Assembly: GCA_043754535.1 (NCBI GenBank)
Contig: JAYUUN010000022.1
Span: 1 to 55,549 of the forward strand
Direction: 5' to 3'
Source: Chloroflexota bacterium
GTDB taxonomy: Bacteria > Chloroflexota > Chloroflexia > QHBQ01
DNA: 55,549 nucleotides
Positions 46,247 through 55,549 of the stretch are shown here, in pieces; position 1 is the first letter of the stretch; every line of letters starts with the position of its first letter. Made by a program: the position numbers and the translations under genes. The notes below the pieces were generated by a model. That model was not told the origin of the DNA. It worked only from the letters and a program-made list of their open reading frames with translations, and ran no database searches.

Positions 46247-48987
46247 CAGTGGATGTCGGGGGCGGTGCTGGCGGGAAGATCGCGGGTGAGAGCCGCAGGG
46301 TCGCTGCTGGCAGGCAGGTCGCCCAACAGAGCATCCGGCTGTTGGGCCTTCAGTTGAGCTTCGGCCCTGCGCTCCAGCCTGTCAGCCTCACGGTAATCGC
46401 TGCTCACTCGCTCAAGCAGGGGGCTAGCTACTGCCTCGTCGTACCAGCCCCGCACCTCAGTCGCCAGCGCAGCGGCTGGCAGCAGCGAACCTACGAGCGT
46501 ATCGGCAGCCAGGCGGGCAGACAGGGCGTGGTAATCACCCACGTAACGCTCTGTGCTAGCGTAATCTCGTACTTCATAGCTGCTGGCGACCTCATCCAGC
46601 AGCGTAAAGAGGCGGGCGTTGCTGTCCAACTCGCCTGCCAGGTCAGCCAGTGGCGGGCAACCACTAGCCTGCGCTGCCGTGCGGGCGGCGATAGTCAGCC
46701 GTTGCAGGTCAGCTTGCTGCGCCTGCCATTCACTGCGTAGCGCACTTGGGGACTGGGCCAGCCGCAACCGCTCCTCACGCCCACTGCTAACTGCTGCTGC
46801 TCCATCCCACGCGTAGTAGTTAGCCAAGAATTGCCAGAGTGGGCTACCCCTAGCCAGAGCCGCCCGATAGAGGTTTAGGTCGTCGTGCAGCAGAACCGCT
46901 ACCTGACCCTTCTTGGCCCTGTACTGAGTTTGCCACTCTGCCCCGGCTGCTTCTACTTGCCCATCGCTGGCTGCTTCGAGGGCCAGGTCTACTCTGGTGA
47001 TCGTCTGCTGCATCTGGGTGCTGACTACTACCGCCTGACGCATGGTGGCAGGGTCGCTAGCCCTGCTGTACTGGCGCAGGCTACTGCTCAAGCCCGCCAG
47101 GGTGAGCGACCCACGACTGGCATCGCGCAGGTTGATTGCAGGCTGGCGGTAGCTGCTAACCTGTGGGGTTGCCTCTACATTAGGTAGAGGAGTGCTGGCG
47201 GGCGTACCCGGCCCAGGGGTGGGGGTCGGCTTCTTGCCCGTCAGGTTGTTATACTGTTCGATTGCCCACTTACCAATATGGGCGCGGGGAATGGCGAAGT
47301 CGCCTACTTTGGTCGGCACCTTGTCCGGCCAGGTGTCGGCGGCAAGGTCGTAGATCGTGTAGAGCAAGCCGAGGGAGATCGCGCTGTAGATGACGAAGCG
47401 GATCAAGCTGGCGATGAAGCCGCCCACTTTCCGCCCTGCGCTCACTTTGGCTGGACCAACGGAGGCTAGCAAGGTCTGCCCCTCGTTGGCGGGGCCAAAC
47501 TTGGGACGGTTAGTTTGGCCCTTGCCCGTTGGCATCGCCTCTACGTTGCCGCGCCCCAGTTCAAGCAAATCCACTGGCAGTTGACAGTTGGGGCAGCGGT
47601 CACCCCGTGGGTCGTGCGGCACCGTGGTATCCACGTACTCACCGCAGCGTGGGCAGCGGGTGTAGAACTGGAAACGACAGTTGGGGCAGGAGAGAGCGTT
47701 CTCCGAAGCGGGCTGACGGCAGTTGGGGCAGGGGAAGGTAGCGACCGCTCGTGGGCCTGCTGGCGCACTGACTGCCCCACCGCTGTCGCTGATCATACCG
47801 CCGCCACCCACACCGCCATTGACGATTGGCGGACGGGCAATCAGCAGTGGTGACGAGGGTTGTGGTACCTCTACTGGCTGCTGATCGGCAGCCGCAAAAG
47901 AGAGACCACCGCCACTCAGCCCAGCACGGGCGGCTAGGCCACTTGCTGGTGGGGTTGCCTCGCGGGCATCCTCAAAGTTGTTGGCTCCGCCAAAAGGCCG
48001 ATTGACCACGCCGCCAAACACCCCGCTGCTGCCGCGTTCCGCTGGGGGGCCGAAGGGCGAAGGCGGTGTGGGGGCAAAGCTGCTGAAGCTGGCCTCCGCT
48101 GGGCTGGCGATTGGGGGAGCGGGCGGTGGACTGCTACCTTCACTCTGGCTGCCGCCCGCGCCGCCAAACAGGTTACGCAGCGAGTCGAACTCACTGGCCG
48201 GGGGGGGTTGGCCGAGCGACTCCGGGACTAGCTTGCCGCTGCTGGTTAGGCGGGTAGCTGGTCGCTCCTGCGTTGGTTGGGCAAAGGGGTCGCCAAAGGG
48301 TGAGGGGTTGACCGCAGGCTGAGCAAAGGGCGACTGGCGAGCGGTATCCGCAGGTGGTGCGCCGAAGGGTGCGGCGGGTGCGCTGGCAAAGGGCGAAGCG
48401 GGGGGTGGGCTAGCGAAGGGTGAAGCGGCCACGCTATCCCCAGCCAGGGTGAAGGGTGCTACAGGTGGCTGGTTGGCGAAGGGTGAAGCTGGCGGCGCAC
48501 TGGCAAAAGGCGAAGCGGGCTGAGCGAAGGGCGACGCAGGGGTATTAGCAAAGGGCGCGTCGTTCAGGCGGGCGACTGTCTCCTCGTCAAATATCACTGC
48601 GCCACTGCCGTCGCTGCCATTAGAGGCCTGGTTGGGGGCAGGCGGGTTGAGTGGGCCGTTGCCAAAGCTCGCTCCAAAAGGGCCATTACCCAAGCTAGTG
48701 GCTGGCTCCTCCACCGGGCTGGGCCGCAAGGCACCCTGTTCTTGCAGATGGCTTAGACCCTTGAGGGCAGCGGCGTTGTTCGGGTTGAGGGTGAGGACAT
48801 TTTCGAGGCAGGTGACCGCGTCGGCAGGGTCGTCCACCACGCCACTGAGCCAGAGCCATGCCTGCTCGCTACGCTCGTCTAGCTCTAGCACTTGTTGCAG
48901 CAAGCTACTAGCCTGGGCGCGGTCGCCACGTCGGGCGGCAGCCATACCTTGCTGCAACAAATCGTTTGCCTCTGAGTTGCTCGCCAT
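46246..48987 (-). CDS. TPR + Pro-rich + double zinc ribbon + TM + helical extracytoplasmic domain protein
   Basis: AWLWLSGV..CLENVLTLNPNN (TPR); ASPFA repeats; CPNC/CPNC/CPRC/CPNC; one TM; GGAG RBS. Confidence 0.8.
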   Translation of the reverse strand: MASNSEANDLLQQGMAAARRGDRAQASSLLQQVLELDERSEQAWLWLSGVVDDPADAVTCLENVLTLNPNNAAALKGLSHLQEQGALRPSPVEEPATSLGNGPFGASFGNGPLNPPAPNQASNGSDGSGAVIFDEETVARLNDAPFANTPASPFAQPASPFASAPPASPFANQPPVAPFTLAGDSVAASPFASPPPASPFASAPAAPFGAPPADTARQSPFAQPAVNPSPFGDPFAQPTQERPATRLTSSGKLVPESLGQPPPASEFDSLRNLFGGAGGSQSEGSSPPPAPPIASPAEASFSSFAPTPPSPFGPPAERGSSGVFGGVVNRPFGGANNFEDAREATPPASGLAARAGLSGGGLSFAAADQQPVEVPQPSSPLLIARPPIVNGGVGGGGMISDSGGAVSAPAGPRAVATFPCPNCRQPASENALSCPNCRFQFYTRCPRCGEYVDTTVPHDPRGDRCPNCQLPVDLLELGRGNVEAMPTGKGQTNRPKFGPANEGQTLLASVGPAKVSAGRKVGGFIASLIRFVIYSAISLGLLYTIYDLAADTWPDKVPTKVGDFAIPRAHIGKWAIEQYNNLTGKKPTPTPGPGTPASTPLPNVEATPQVSSYRQPAINLRDASRGSLTLAGLSSSLRQYSRASDPATMRQAVVVSTQMQQTITRVDLALEAASDGQVEAAGAEWQTQYRAKKGQVAVLLHDDLNLYRAALARGSPLWQFLANYYAWDGAAAVSSGREERLRLAQSPSALRSEWQAQQADLQRLTIAARTAAQASGCPPLADLAGELDSNARLFTLLDEVASSYEVRDYASTERYVGDYHALSARLAADTLVGSLLPAAALATEVRGWYDEAVASPLLERVSSDYREADRLERRAEAQLKAQQPDALLGDLPASSDPAALTRDLPASTAPDIH

Positions 48988-49014
48988 CGCTCGTCTCCTC
49001 CGCTAGTCTCTCCG

Positions 49015-49671
49015 CTAGAGCCGCACCCGTCGGGGTTGGAAGCGGTACTTCTCGCTCTGGATGATCGCCATTACTTCGCGGGCGGCGCGATCCTGCTGCC
49101 CCTCGTGGTTGGTAACAACGTAGTCAAACTGGGGCATGGTCAACAACTCTTGCTTGGCAGCAGCCAGGCGGCGTTGCAAGCTCGCCTCATCCTCCGTACG
49201 CCGTTGGCGCAGGCGATGTTCCAGCGTCACCGCGTCGGGTGGGGCGAGAAAGATGAGTATCGCTTCAGGGGCGATCTCGCGCACATGGGCTGCCCCCTGC
49301 ACATCGATCCGCAGGATCACATCGCGCCCACCATCCAGTGCGCCACGCACCTCCCGCTTCGGCACGCCATAGTAGTTGCCGTAAACCTGCGCCCGCTCAA
49401 TAAACTCGCCGTGCGCTACCCACTCGTCGTAGGTGGCGAGGTCGAGGAAGTGGTAGTCTACTCCGTTGTGCTCGTTAGGGCGCGGCGCACGCGTGGTAGC
49501 CGTTACCGGGAAGTGGAAAGGGTAGGCAAGTTCGCGCATCCGGTGCAGCAACTCGTCCTTACCCACCCCGCTTGGCCCGCTGAGGACAGCCAGTTGCGAG
49601 CAGGGGGACTGGTTGACCCGCGCCCAGGCCATCATTTCATCAAATACTACTCCCGGCTGATCAGCAGCCAT
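49015..49671 (-). CDS. gmk: Guanylate kinase
   Basis: LSGPSGVGK, TTRAPRPNE.NGVDYHF, GNYYG, IDVQGA, FDYVVTN. Confidence 0.96.
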   Translation of the reverse strand: MAADQPGVVFDEMMAWARVNQSPCSQLAVLSGPSGVGKDELLHRMRELAYPFHFPVTATTRAPRPNEHNGVDYHFLDLATYDEWVAHGEFIERAQVYGNYYGVPKREVRGALDGGRDVILRIDVQGAAHVREIAPEAILIFLAPPDAVTLEHRLRQRRTEDEASLQRRLAAAKQELLTMPQFDYVVTNHEGQQDRAAREVMAIIQSEKYRFQPRRVRL

Positions 49672-49740
49672 TGTCGCTCCGTTGGCTAAAGGTTATAATG
49701 AGGGGACTGCCTTTTTGGTTATTTGCGAGAGGAACCTGTA

Positions 49741-51693
49741 ATGTCATTCGATAGCCTGACCATCGCCGCCGTTGCCGATCAACTGAATCAGGAAGTATGC
49801 CCTGCCCGTGTGCAGCGGGTGCTGACCGTCGGCCCTGCTGCCATTGGGCTGGAACTATACAGCCCTGTCACCCGTCAGCGTCGGCAACTGCTGCTCTCTG
49901 TAGACGCAACCCAGGGGCGGGTGCTGCTCACCAACACCCCTCTTACCCGTGACCCCGCCCTTCGTGACAGCCCGCTGCTGCTGCTGCTCCGCAAGTACGT
50001 GCGTGGCGGTCGGCTCCTCAGCGTCGAGCAGCCAGGCCTGGAACGGGTGCTGGTGATTAGTATAGCCAAAACCTTCCCACTTGGCAAGCTGGATAGTAAC
50101 GATTATAACAGTTCTGTCAACCCCGATGACGAGGAAGATGAGGTGGACGAGGGCGAGACTCACACCGTGCGCCTGGTGGTTGAGGTGATGAGCCGCCACA
50201 GCAATCTGGTGCTGGTCGATGAGGGTGGGGTGATCCTTGAGTGCCTCAAGCGCATCCCCGCTGCGATCAACCGCTTCCGCACTGTGCTGCCCCACCATCC
50301 CTACGTTGCCCCACCGATGCAGGAGAAGGCCGACTTCTTCGCGCTGGCCGAGAGCCAGTTTGCCGAAGTAGTAGCGACAGCAGCCAGCAGCCCCGATACC
50401 ATGCCTGCTTCGGGGAAGGGAGAGGGCAGCGGCAAGAGCAAGAGCCTGAAGCTGGCGGACGCACTGGTTACCAGCCTGCGCGGGATCAGCCCACAGAGCG
50501 GACGTGAGATCGTCTTTCGCGCCAGTGGTAATGCTGCTACCCCGCTAGTCGGGTTCGAGGGCTGGCCCAGCCTCTACGCTGCCACCAGCGATCTGCTCGG
50601 CCTCAGCGAGACTGGGCGGTGGGCGCACTGTGTGGTCAGCGTGCCAGGCGAGGAAGGGCAGGAGCGGGTGACAGCGTACGCGCCATATCGCCTAAGCCAC
50701 CTAGCGGCAAGCGGCAGGCTAGGGTCGGTGCCGACGATCAGTGAGGCCATTGAGGCTTACTACAAGACCCAGGCGCAGACGGTCGCGCACGAGCAACTGA
50801 AGGAGCAACTGCGCGGTCAGCTTGAGCGTAAGCGCGACCGCCTGCGTGGTCTGCGCTATTCCCTACAAACGCAGTTGACCAAAGTAGACAACATCGAGCT
50901 AACCCGCTACCGAGGCGATGCGATCTTCGCCTACGGTCACGCGCTGCTGCCTGGGGCAACCAGCCTGCGCGCCCCTGCCCAGGACGGTGAGGGCGAGATC
51001 GAAATCAAGCTAGACCCCCGTCGTACCGCTGCCGAGAACGCGCAGGGCTACTTTAAGGACTACCGCAAACTGGTACACGCCCGTGCTGCCCTGCCAGAGC
51101 GGATCGCGGCGGCGGAGGTAGAGCTTGCTTACTTCGACGAGGTAGCCGCCATGCTGGACGTGGCCCAGGGCTATGACGAGATCACCCTGATCTCCCGCGA
51201 GGTGGCCGACATCGGTAAGCCGCCGAAGGAGGAGAAGGCGGGCAAGGACGGTAAGAAGGGTGGCAAGTTCCAGCCAAAGAAGGCGGGCAAGGGCGGCAAG
51301 GATGAGACCCCTCCTGGGGTAGGCAAGCTGCTGCGCCTGCTCTCCCCTGACGGCGTGGAGGTATACGTGGGTAAGAGCGTGCGCCAGAACGACTACCTGA
51401 CCTTCAAGCTAGCCAGCCCAGAGGACATCTGGCTGCACGCCCGTGGGGTGCGCGGCGCACACGTGATCATCAAGATGCGTGGCCTGCCTGCTGTTCCGCC
51501 CCGCACCCTCCAGTTCGCGGCTGGCCTGGCCGCCGGGCGCAGCGAGGCACGCAGCGAGAGTTATGCTGAGGTGCAATACAGTCCAGTGCGCCAGCTACGC
51601 AAGCCGAAGGGTGGCGCGCTGGGGGCGGTGCTGGTCAACGCCGAGCAGACGATCCGCGTTGCCCCGCTAGAGGTGCCGAAGGAGCGACCCTGA
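49741..51693 (+). CDS. rqcH: NFACT-family ribosome quality control protein RqcH (FbpA-like)
   Basis: MSFD, LLRKY, ERV, E.MSRHSN, NAQGYFKDYRK, VGKS..QND.LT, W.HARG..GAHV; TATAAT at 49694. Confidence 0.9.
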   Translation: MSFDSLTIAAVADQLNQEVCPARVQRVLTVGPAAIGLELYSPVTRQRRQLLLSVDATQGRVLLTNTPLTRDPALRDSPLLLLLRKYVRGGRLLSVEQPGLERVLVISIAKTFPLGKLDSNDYNSSVNPDDEEDEVDEGETHTVRLVVEVMSRHSNLVLVDEGGVILECLKRIPAAINRFRTVLPHHPYVAPPMQEKADFFALAESQFAEVVATAASSPDTMPASGKGEGSGKSKSLKLADALVTSLRGISPQSGREIVFRASGNAATPLVGFEGWPSLYAATSDLLGLSETGRWAHCVVSVPGEEGQERVTAYAPYRLSHLAASGRLGSVPTISEAIEAYYKTQAQTVAHEQLKEQLRGQLERKRDRLRGLRYSLQTQLTKVDNIELTRYRGDAIFAYGHALLPGATSLRAPAQDGEGEIEIKLDPRRTAAENAQGYFKDYRKLVHARAALPERIAAAEVELAYFDEVAAMLDVAQGYDEITLISREVADIGKPPKEEKAGKDGKKGGKFQPKKAGKGGKDETPPGVGKLLRLLSPDGVEVYVGKSVRQNDYLTFKLASPEDIWLHARGVRGAHVIIKMRGLPAVPPRTLQFAAGLAAGRSEARSESYAEVQYSPVRQLRKPKGGALGAVLVNAEQTIRVAPLEVPKERP

Positions 51694-51694
51694 G

Positions 51695-52462
51695 TTATTT
51701 GACGAACCTTGAGAGAACCACGCCCAGTTCGTAGAGCAGGTACATAGGCACCGCCACGATGGTCTGATTTACCGGGTCGGGGGTGGGGGTGAGGATCGCC
51801 GCGATCACGAAGCAGACCACGATCATCACCCGTCGCGCCTTGACTAGCAGGCGGGTGTTGACCAGGTGCAACCGAGCGAGGATGTAGATGATCATTGGCA
51901 TTTGGAAGACGAGGCCGCCGACAAAGACGAAATTGGAGACGAAGCCCACAAACTTGCCTATCGGCAACTGCACCTCAATGCGCGCCGAGCCAAATCCCAG
52001 GAGGAAATCTAGCGCAGAGGGCAGCACCAGGAAGTAGACGAAAGCCGCCCCACTAAGGAACAAGATGCTGATGAAGGGCAGGACGCGAAAGAGCATCCCC
52101 TTCTCATCTTTGGTCAGGCCAGGGGTGATGAAGGCAAAAAGCTGGTAGAATATCACTGGCAAGGCGATCACGATACCAACGACGAGCGAGACCTGGAAGT
52201 AGGTGACGAAACGCTCGGTTGGCTCGAACGAGGAGATATGCACTGGCGTACCGTTGCTGGTTCGTGCAGGGGCCAGATCAAGCAGGCGGTTGACTAGCCA
52301 ATCCACAAAGGTAAAGCTGATTATTATACCAATCACCAGAGCGAGGCAGGCCTTGATCAGCCGGTCGCGCAATTCGCGCAGGTGGCCGACAAAGCTCATT
52401 GTGCCGTCGGGGTTCTGGTAAGCTTTCGGTTTGCGGCTGGGCAGCCTGAAGGGTACGCGCAA
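51695..52462 (-). CDS. tatC: Twin-arginine translocase subunit TatC
   Basis: MSF..HLRELR.RL, YQLFAFITPGL, FQMP, AAILTPTPDP, LYE. Confidence 0.96.
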   Translation of the reverse strand: MRVPFRLPSRKPKAYQNPDGTMSFVGHLRELRDRLIKACLALVIGIIISFTFVDWLVNRLLDLAPARTSNGTPVHISSFEPTERFVTYFQVSLVVGIVIALPVIFYQLFAFITPGLTKDEKGMLFRVLPFISILFLSGAAFVYFLVLPSALDFLLGFGSARIEVQLPIGKFVGFVSNFVFVGGLVFQMPMIIYILARLHLVNTRLLVKARRVMIVVCFVIAAILTPTPDPVNQTIVAVPMYLLYELGVVLSRFVK

Positions 52463-52583
52463 GGTTGATTACTCCCCGCTCTGCGGTTTGCCCGCAGGTG
52501 GTCTAGCTCTATTGTACCCTGTTTTGGCCCAGAATAGTATTAAAAGCCGGTGAAATGTGGGCTAAGCCTTTCTTTCTCTCCCC

Positions 52584-53438
52584 CTATGCGGTTGGGGTTA
52601 GGGGCAGCGGAGCGGCAGCTAGCGCGCGCAAGACTGTCTCTGGCACTGCTCGTGCCTCCCCCAGCGGGTTGACCCATCGCCAATTAGAGTGGCTGCGGGC
52701 GACCAACTGCTCACCCCGCCGAATCTCCTGCTGACGATCCAGGTAGTTGACGCTGGTGCTACTCAGCCAGCTATTGACGGTAAGCTCATCCCCCAGGCAG
52801 GCGGTGTTCAGGTACTCCACGTCGTAGCTGCTGGCTAGCAGGCCACCTTGCGAGCTGACCTGCTCAAGCTCCAGCCCCTGTGCGCTCAAGATTGCCCAGG
52901 TCGCATCGTCTAGCAGGTCGAGATAGCGAGCGTTGTTGAGGTGCTGCTGGCCGTCGAGCAGGCTGTAGCCGATGCTGGCCGTGCTGCTGTACGGGGCAGT
53001 AGCTGGATTGGCGGGCCAGTCGGGGAGGTCGCTGGGGGCGAGTGGTTCGCGGCCAGGGAACCAAATCTCGTTGAAATCGGCGGGCAGGCGGCTGGGGCGC
53101 AAGGTTGTTTCGTCCAGATAGACCCAGAGCGAATGCGCTTCGGCTACCAGCCGCCCATGCTCGTCGCTGAACTCGTAGGCACGCTGGGCAGTGCTGCGCC
53201 CCAATCCCCTCCCCCAGGTCTTTACCGCTAGCCGTTCTGCATAGCCCACTGCCTGGTGGACGAACAGGCGGCTGCGACGGATCACCCAGGGGTGCGGCCC
53301 CCAACCTGCGTCCCGCGCATCACGGGTGGCCGCCTCTTGGGTGTAGCAGAGGTAGACGGAGGGGCGCAGCCAACCTGCCGCGTCGCACTCGTCGTAGCGC
53401 ACTGCGAAATCGGTAGTGAACACTCGGCCAGCACTCAT
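52584..53438 (-). CDS. Acyl-ACP thioesterase (double hot-dog fold)
   Basis: VRYDECDAAG, QEAA, WVIRR, LD..QHLNNARY; AGGAGGTG RBS. Confidence 0.88.
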   Translation of the reverse strand: MSAGRVFTTDFAVRYDECDAAGWLRPSVYLCYTQEAATRDARDAGWGPHPWVIRRSRLFVHQAVGYAERLAVKTWGRGLGRSTAQRAYEFSDEHGRLVAEAHSLWVYLDETTLRPSRLPADFNEIWFPGREPLAPSDLPDWPANPATAPYSSTASIGYSLLDGQQHLNNARYLDLLDDATWAILSAQGLELEQVSSQGGLLASSYDVEYLNTACLGDELTVNSWLSSTSVNYLDRQQEIRRGEQLVARSHSNWRWVNPLGEARAVPETVLRALAAAPLPLTPTA

Positions 53439-53585
53439 CAACTCACCTCCTATGCTCATTATAAACCATAGTGCAAACACTCTGCCACCCCCATGCGCAG
53501 TTTGGGCCGCAGCTTGTTCGCAAGCCTGCGATTGTGGTATGATCGGGGCAAAGCAAAGTTGCACACCACTCGATGAGGAGTATGA

Positions 53586-55549
53586 ATGACCACCCTGACT
53601 CGCAATGCCTGGCAGCCGCTTGCTGCCCCCACCGCCAGCCCCGACCTCGGCTGGTGGCTGACGATCCTCGAACGCGCCCTTGTTTCCAGGGCGATGGACG
53701 ACCTGGAACTCACCCCTGGCTACAAGCCCCAGCCGGAGAACCCTGCGGCAGGCAAGTTGCGCTTCCAGTTCTCGGCGAAGGGGCATGAGGTGCCGCAACT
53801 GATCGCCGCCAGTCTGCTCGACCACCCGCATGACGCAGCGACCGTCTACTATCGGTCACGACCCTTCATGCTCGGCATCGGCCTTAGCCCACAGACGGCC
53901 TTCGCCAGCAATATGCACAAGTTGAGCGGGGTCAGTGGCGGTCGCGACATCGGCGTGGTCTTCAACCACAAGCAGCCCGGTGGGGTCAGCGTACTACCTG
54001 CTAGCGGTGACGTGGGGGCGCAATACACCCCGGCAGCGGGCTGGGCGCAGGCGATCCGCTACCGCAGCGAGGAGCTTGGCGAGGCGGAGTGGAGCAGGGC
54101 CGTCGCTCTCTGTTTCGGCGGTGACGGCTCGACTGCCACCAACGGCTTCTGGGCTGCCCTCAACATAGTCACCACCCTGCAACTGCCAATGGTGATGATC
54201 CTTGAGGATAATGGCTACGCGCTGACTGTGCCAGCCCGCTACCAGACTTCGGGCGGTCAGTTGTTGGCTAACCTGAGCAACTTCCAGGGCGTAGGGCTGC
54301 ACTCGGTGGACGGAGCCGACGTGGTGAAGCTGCACGCCGCCCTGGCCCAGGCGGTGGGGGCCGCCCGCAGCAGCCATCAGCCACAGATCGTCCATGTTAC
54401 CGTTCCCCGCTTGACCGGTCATAGCTGGCAGGACAACCAGCGTTACCGCCCAGAGACGGAGTTGACCGCCGACAGCCAGCGTGACCCCCTGGTGGCCCTG
54501 CTATCCTATGTACAGCAGGCGGGGGCAAGCGAACAGGATATTGCCGCGATGCAGCAGCGCGCCCACGACCTGGTGCGTGTTGCTGCCGAGCAAGCCTGGG
54601 CCAGCCCCGACCCACAGGCCAGCGATGCACTGACCCATATGTTTGCCCCTAGCTCGGCTCTGGCGCAGAGCGAAGCAGCGGCCATCGGTGAGCGCATCAC
54701 AATGCAGAAGGCAATCGGCATCTGCCTGGCGGATGAGATGAGCCGTGACCGCAGCATCCTGGTCTTCGGCGAGGACGTGGGCAAGAGCGGCGGCGTGCAT
54801 CGAGTCACTGACGGGCTGCAAACCCGCTTCGGCGAAGGGCGGGTGTTCGACACCAGCCTGAGCGAGGAGGGTATCATGGGCCGCAGCATTGGCCTTACGT
54901 TGGCGGGCCTGCGCCCAGTGCCAGAGCTACAGTTCCGCAAGTATGCCGATCCCGCCCATGAGCAAATCACCGACCTCGGTAGCTTGCGCTGGCGCACGCA
55001 CGGCAAGTTTGGCGGTCCAGTCGTCCTCCGCATTCCTGTTGGCTACCAGAAGATGGGTGGCGACCCCTGGCACGCTGTCACCGCCGAAGCAGTCTTCGCC
55101 CACCTACCGGGCTGGCAGATCGCCTACCCCGCCAACGCCGCCGACGCTGCTGGTCTGCTACGCACGGCCTTGCGCGGCGACAACCCAGTCATCTTTCTCG
55201 AACATCGCTTCCTCTACGATGGGGTAGAGGCGCGCCGTCCCTACCCTGGTGCCGACTACTGCCTCCCCTTCGGCCAGGCGAAACTGGTGCGCGAAGGGGA
55301 TGCGGCGGTGGTCGTGGCCTGGGGCGACAGCCTCCACCGCAGCTTGCGGGCTGCCGAACAGGTGGCAGCTAGCAGTGGTAGGCAGGTGGCAGTCCTCGAC
55401 CTCCGCACTATAGTTCCCTGGGATCGGGCTGCTGTGCTGGACGCTGTAAGCACCCGCGGTCGTCTGCTCGTCGTCCACGAGGACACGCACACGACTGGCA
55501 TGGGCGGCCAGATTGCCGCTGAGGTTGCCCGCCACGCCTTCAGCTACCT
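53586..55549 (+). CDS. 2-oxoacid dehydrogenase E1 alpha+beta fusion (3' end outside window)
   Basis: Not in the ORF track (no stop in window). GAGGAG RBS; FQFSAKGHE, YYRSRP, FGGDGSTATNGFW..DNGYA (ThDP motif), FGEDVGKSGGV, FDTSLSEEGI, PELQF, PVIFLEH, DLR. Confidence 0.92.
   Translation, partial: MTTLTRNAWQPLAAPTASPDLGWWLTILERALVSRAMDDLELTPGYKPQPENPAAGKLRFQFSAKGHEVPQLIAASLLDHPHDAATVYYRSRPFMLGIGLSPQTAFASNMHKLSGVSGGRDIGVVFNHKQPGGVSVLPASGDVGAQYTPAAGWAQAIRYRSEELGEAEWSRAVALCFGGDGSTATNGFWAALNIVTTLQLPMVMILEDNGYALTVPARYQTSGGQLLANLSNFQGVGLHSVDGADVVKLHAALAQAVGAARSSHQPQIVHVTVPRLTGHSWQDNQRYRPETELTADSQRDPLVALLSYVQQAGASEQDIAAMQQRAHDLVRVAAEQAWASPDPQASDALTHMFAPSSALAQSEAAAIGERITMQKAIGICLADEMSRDRSILVFGEDVGKSGGVHRVTDGLQTRFGEGRVFDTSLSEEGIMGRSIGLTLAGLRPVPELQFRKYADPAHEQITDLGSLRWRTHGKFGGPVVLRIPVGYQKMGGDPWHAVTAEAVFAHLPGWQIAYPANAADAAGLLRTALRGDNPVIFLEHRFLYDGVEARRPYPGADYCLPFGQAKLVREGDAAVVVAWGDSLHRSLRAAEQVAASSGRQVAVLDLRTIVPWDRAAVLDAVSTRGRLLVVHEDTHTTGMGGQIAAEVARHAFSY

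Noticed and set aside
46246..48987. 913-aa ORF as two genes joined through a TTA
   Set aside because: No in-frame TTA found; treated as one multidomain protein
53573..53788. 71-aa ORF and the N-terminal extension of the thioesterase ORF to 53831
   Set aside because: Both overlap the real E1 gene starting at 53586; the thioesterase has a strong RBS at 53438

Overview
High-GC bacterial chromosomal segment, most likely Chloroflexota (inferred from Cys-containing C-terminal SLH modules on Thr/Pro-rich stalks, DUF3352/LppX-type lipoproteins and sigma70-type TGn-TATAAT promoters). It holds about 41 CDS. There is a cell-surface/glycosylation block: ppk1, two tandem GT-C paralogues, two large SLH proteins, GT2 and a WcaJ-like priming transferase. 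Mixed housekeeping and accessory genes follow: carotenoid oxygenase, Rpf/SLT-like protein, HAD, pxpA, MoxR, cutA, two MFS, GT4/GT-C, OmpR-type regulator, priA, def, gmk, rqcH, tatC, thioesterase and a fused 2-oxoacid dehydrogenase E1. I found no rRNA, tRNA, CRISPR array or transposase. The main discovery concerns the genetic code. A manual frame-by-frame scan of about 17,000 codons found no in-frame TTA inside any protein body, even in AT-richer, Leu-rich genes that use CTA heavily. In-frame TTA does occur in six genes, always at or just past the expected C-terminus. Reading it as STOP removes an odd def-EEP fusion, removes or shortens long gene overlaps, and removes a C-terminal tail that runs through a promoter. 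This suggests a bacterial genetic code with UUA as a fourth stop (or unassigned) codon. CDS ends for five of these genes are given at the TTA; GT2 is given at the adjacent TGA.
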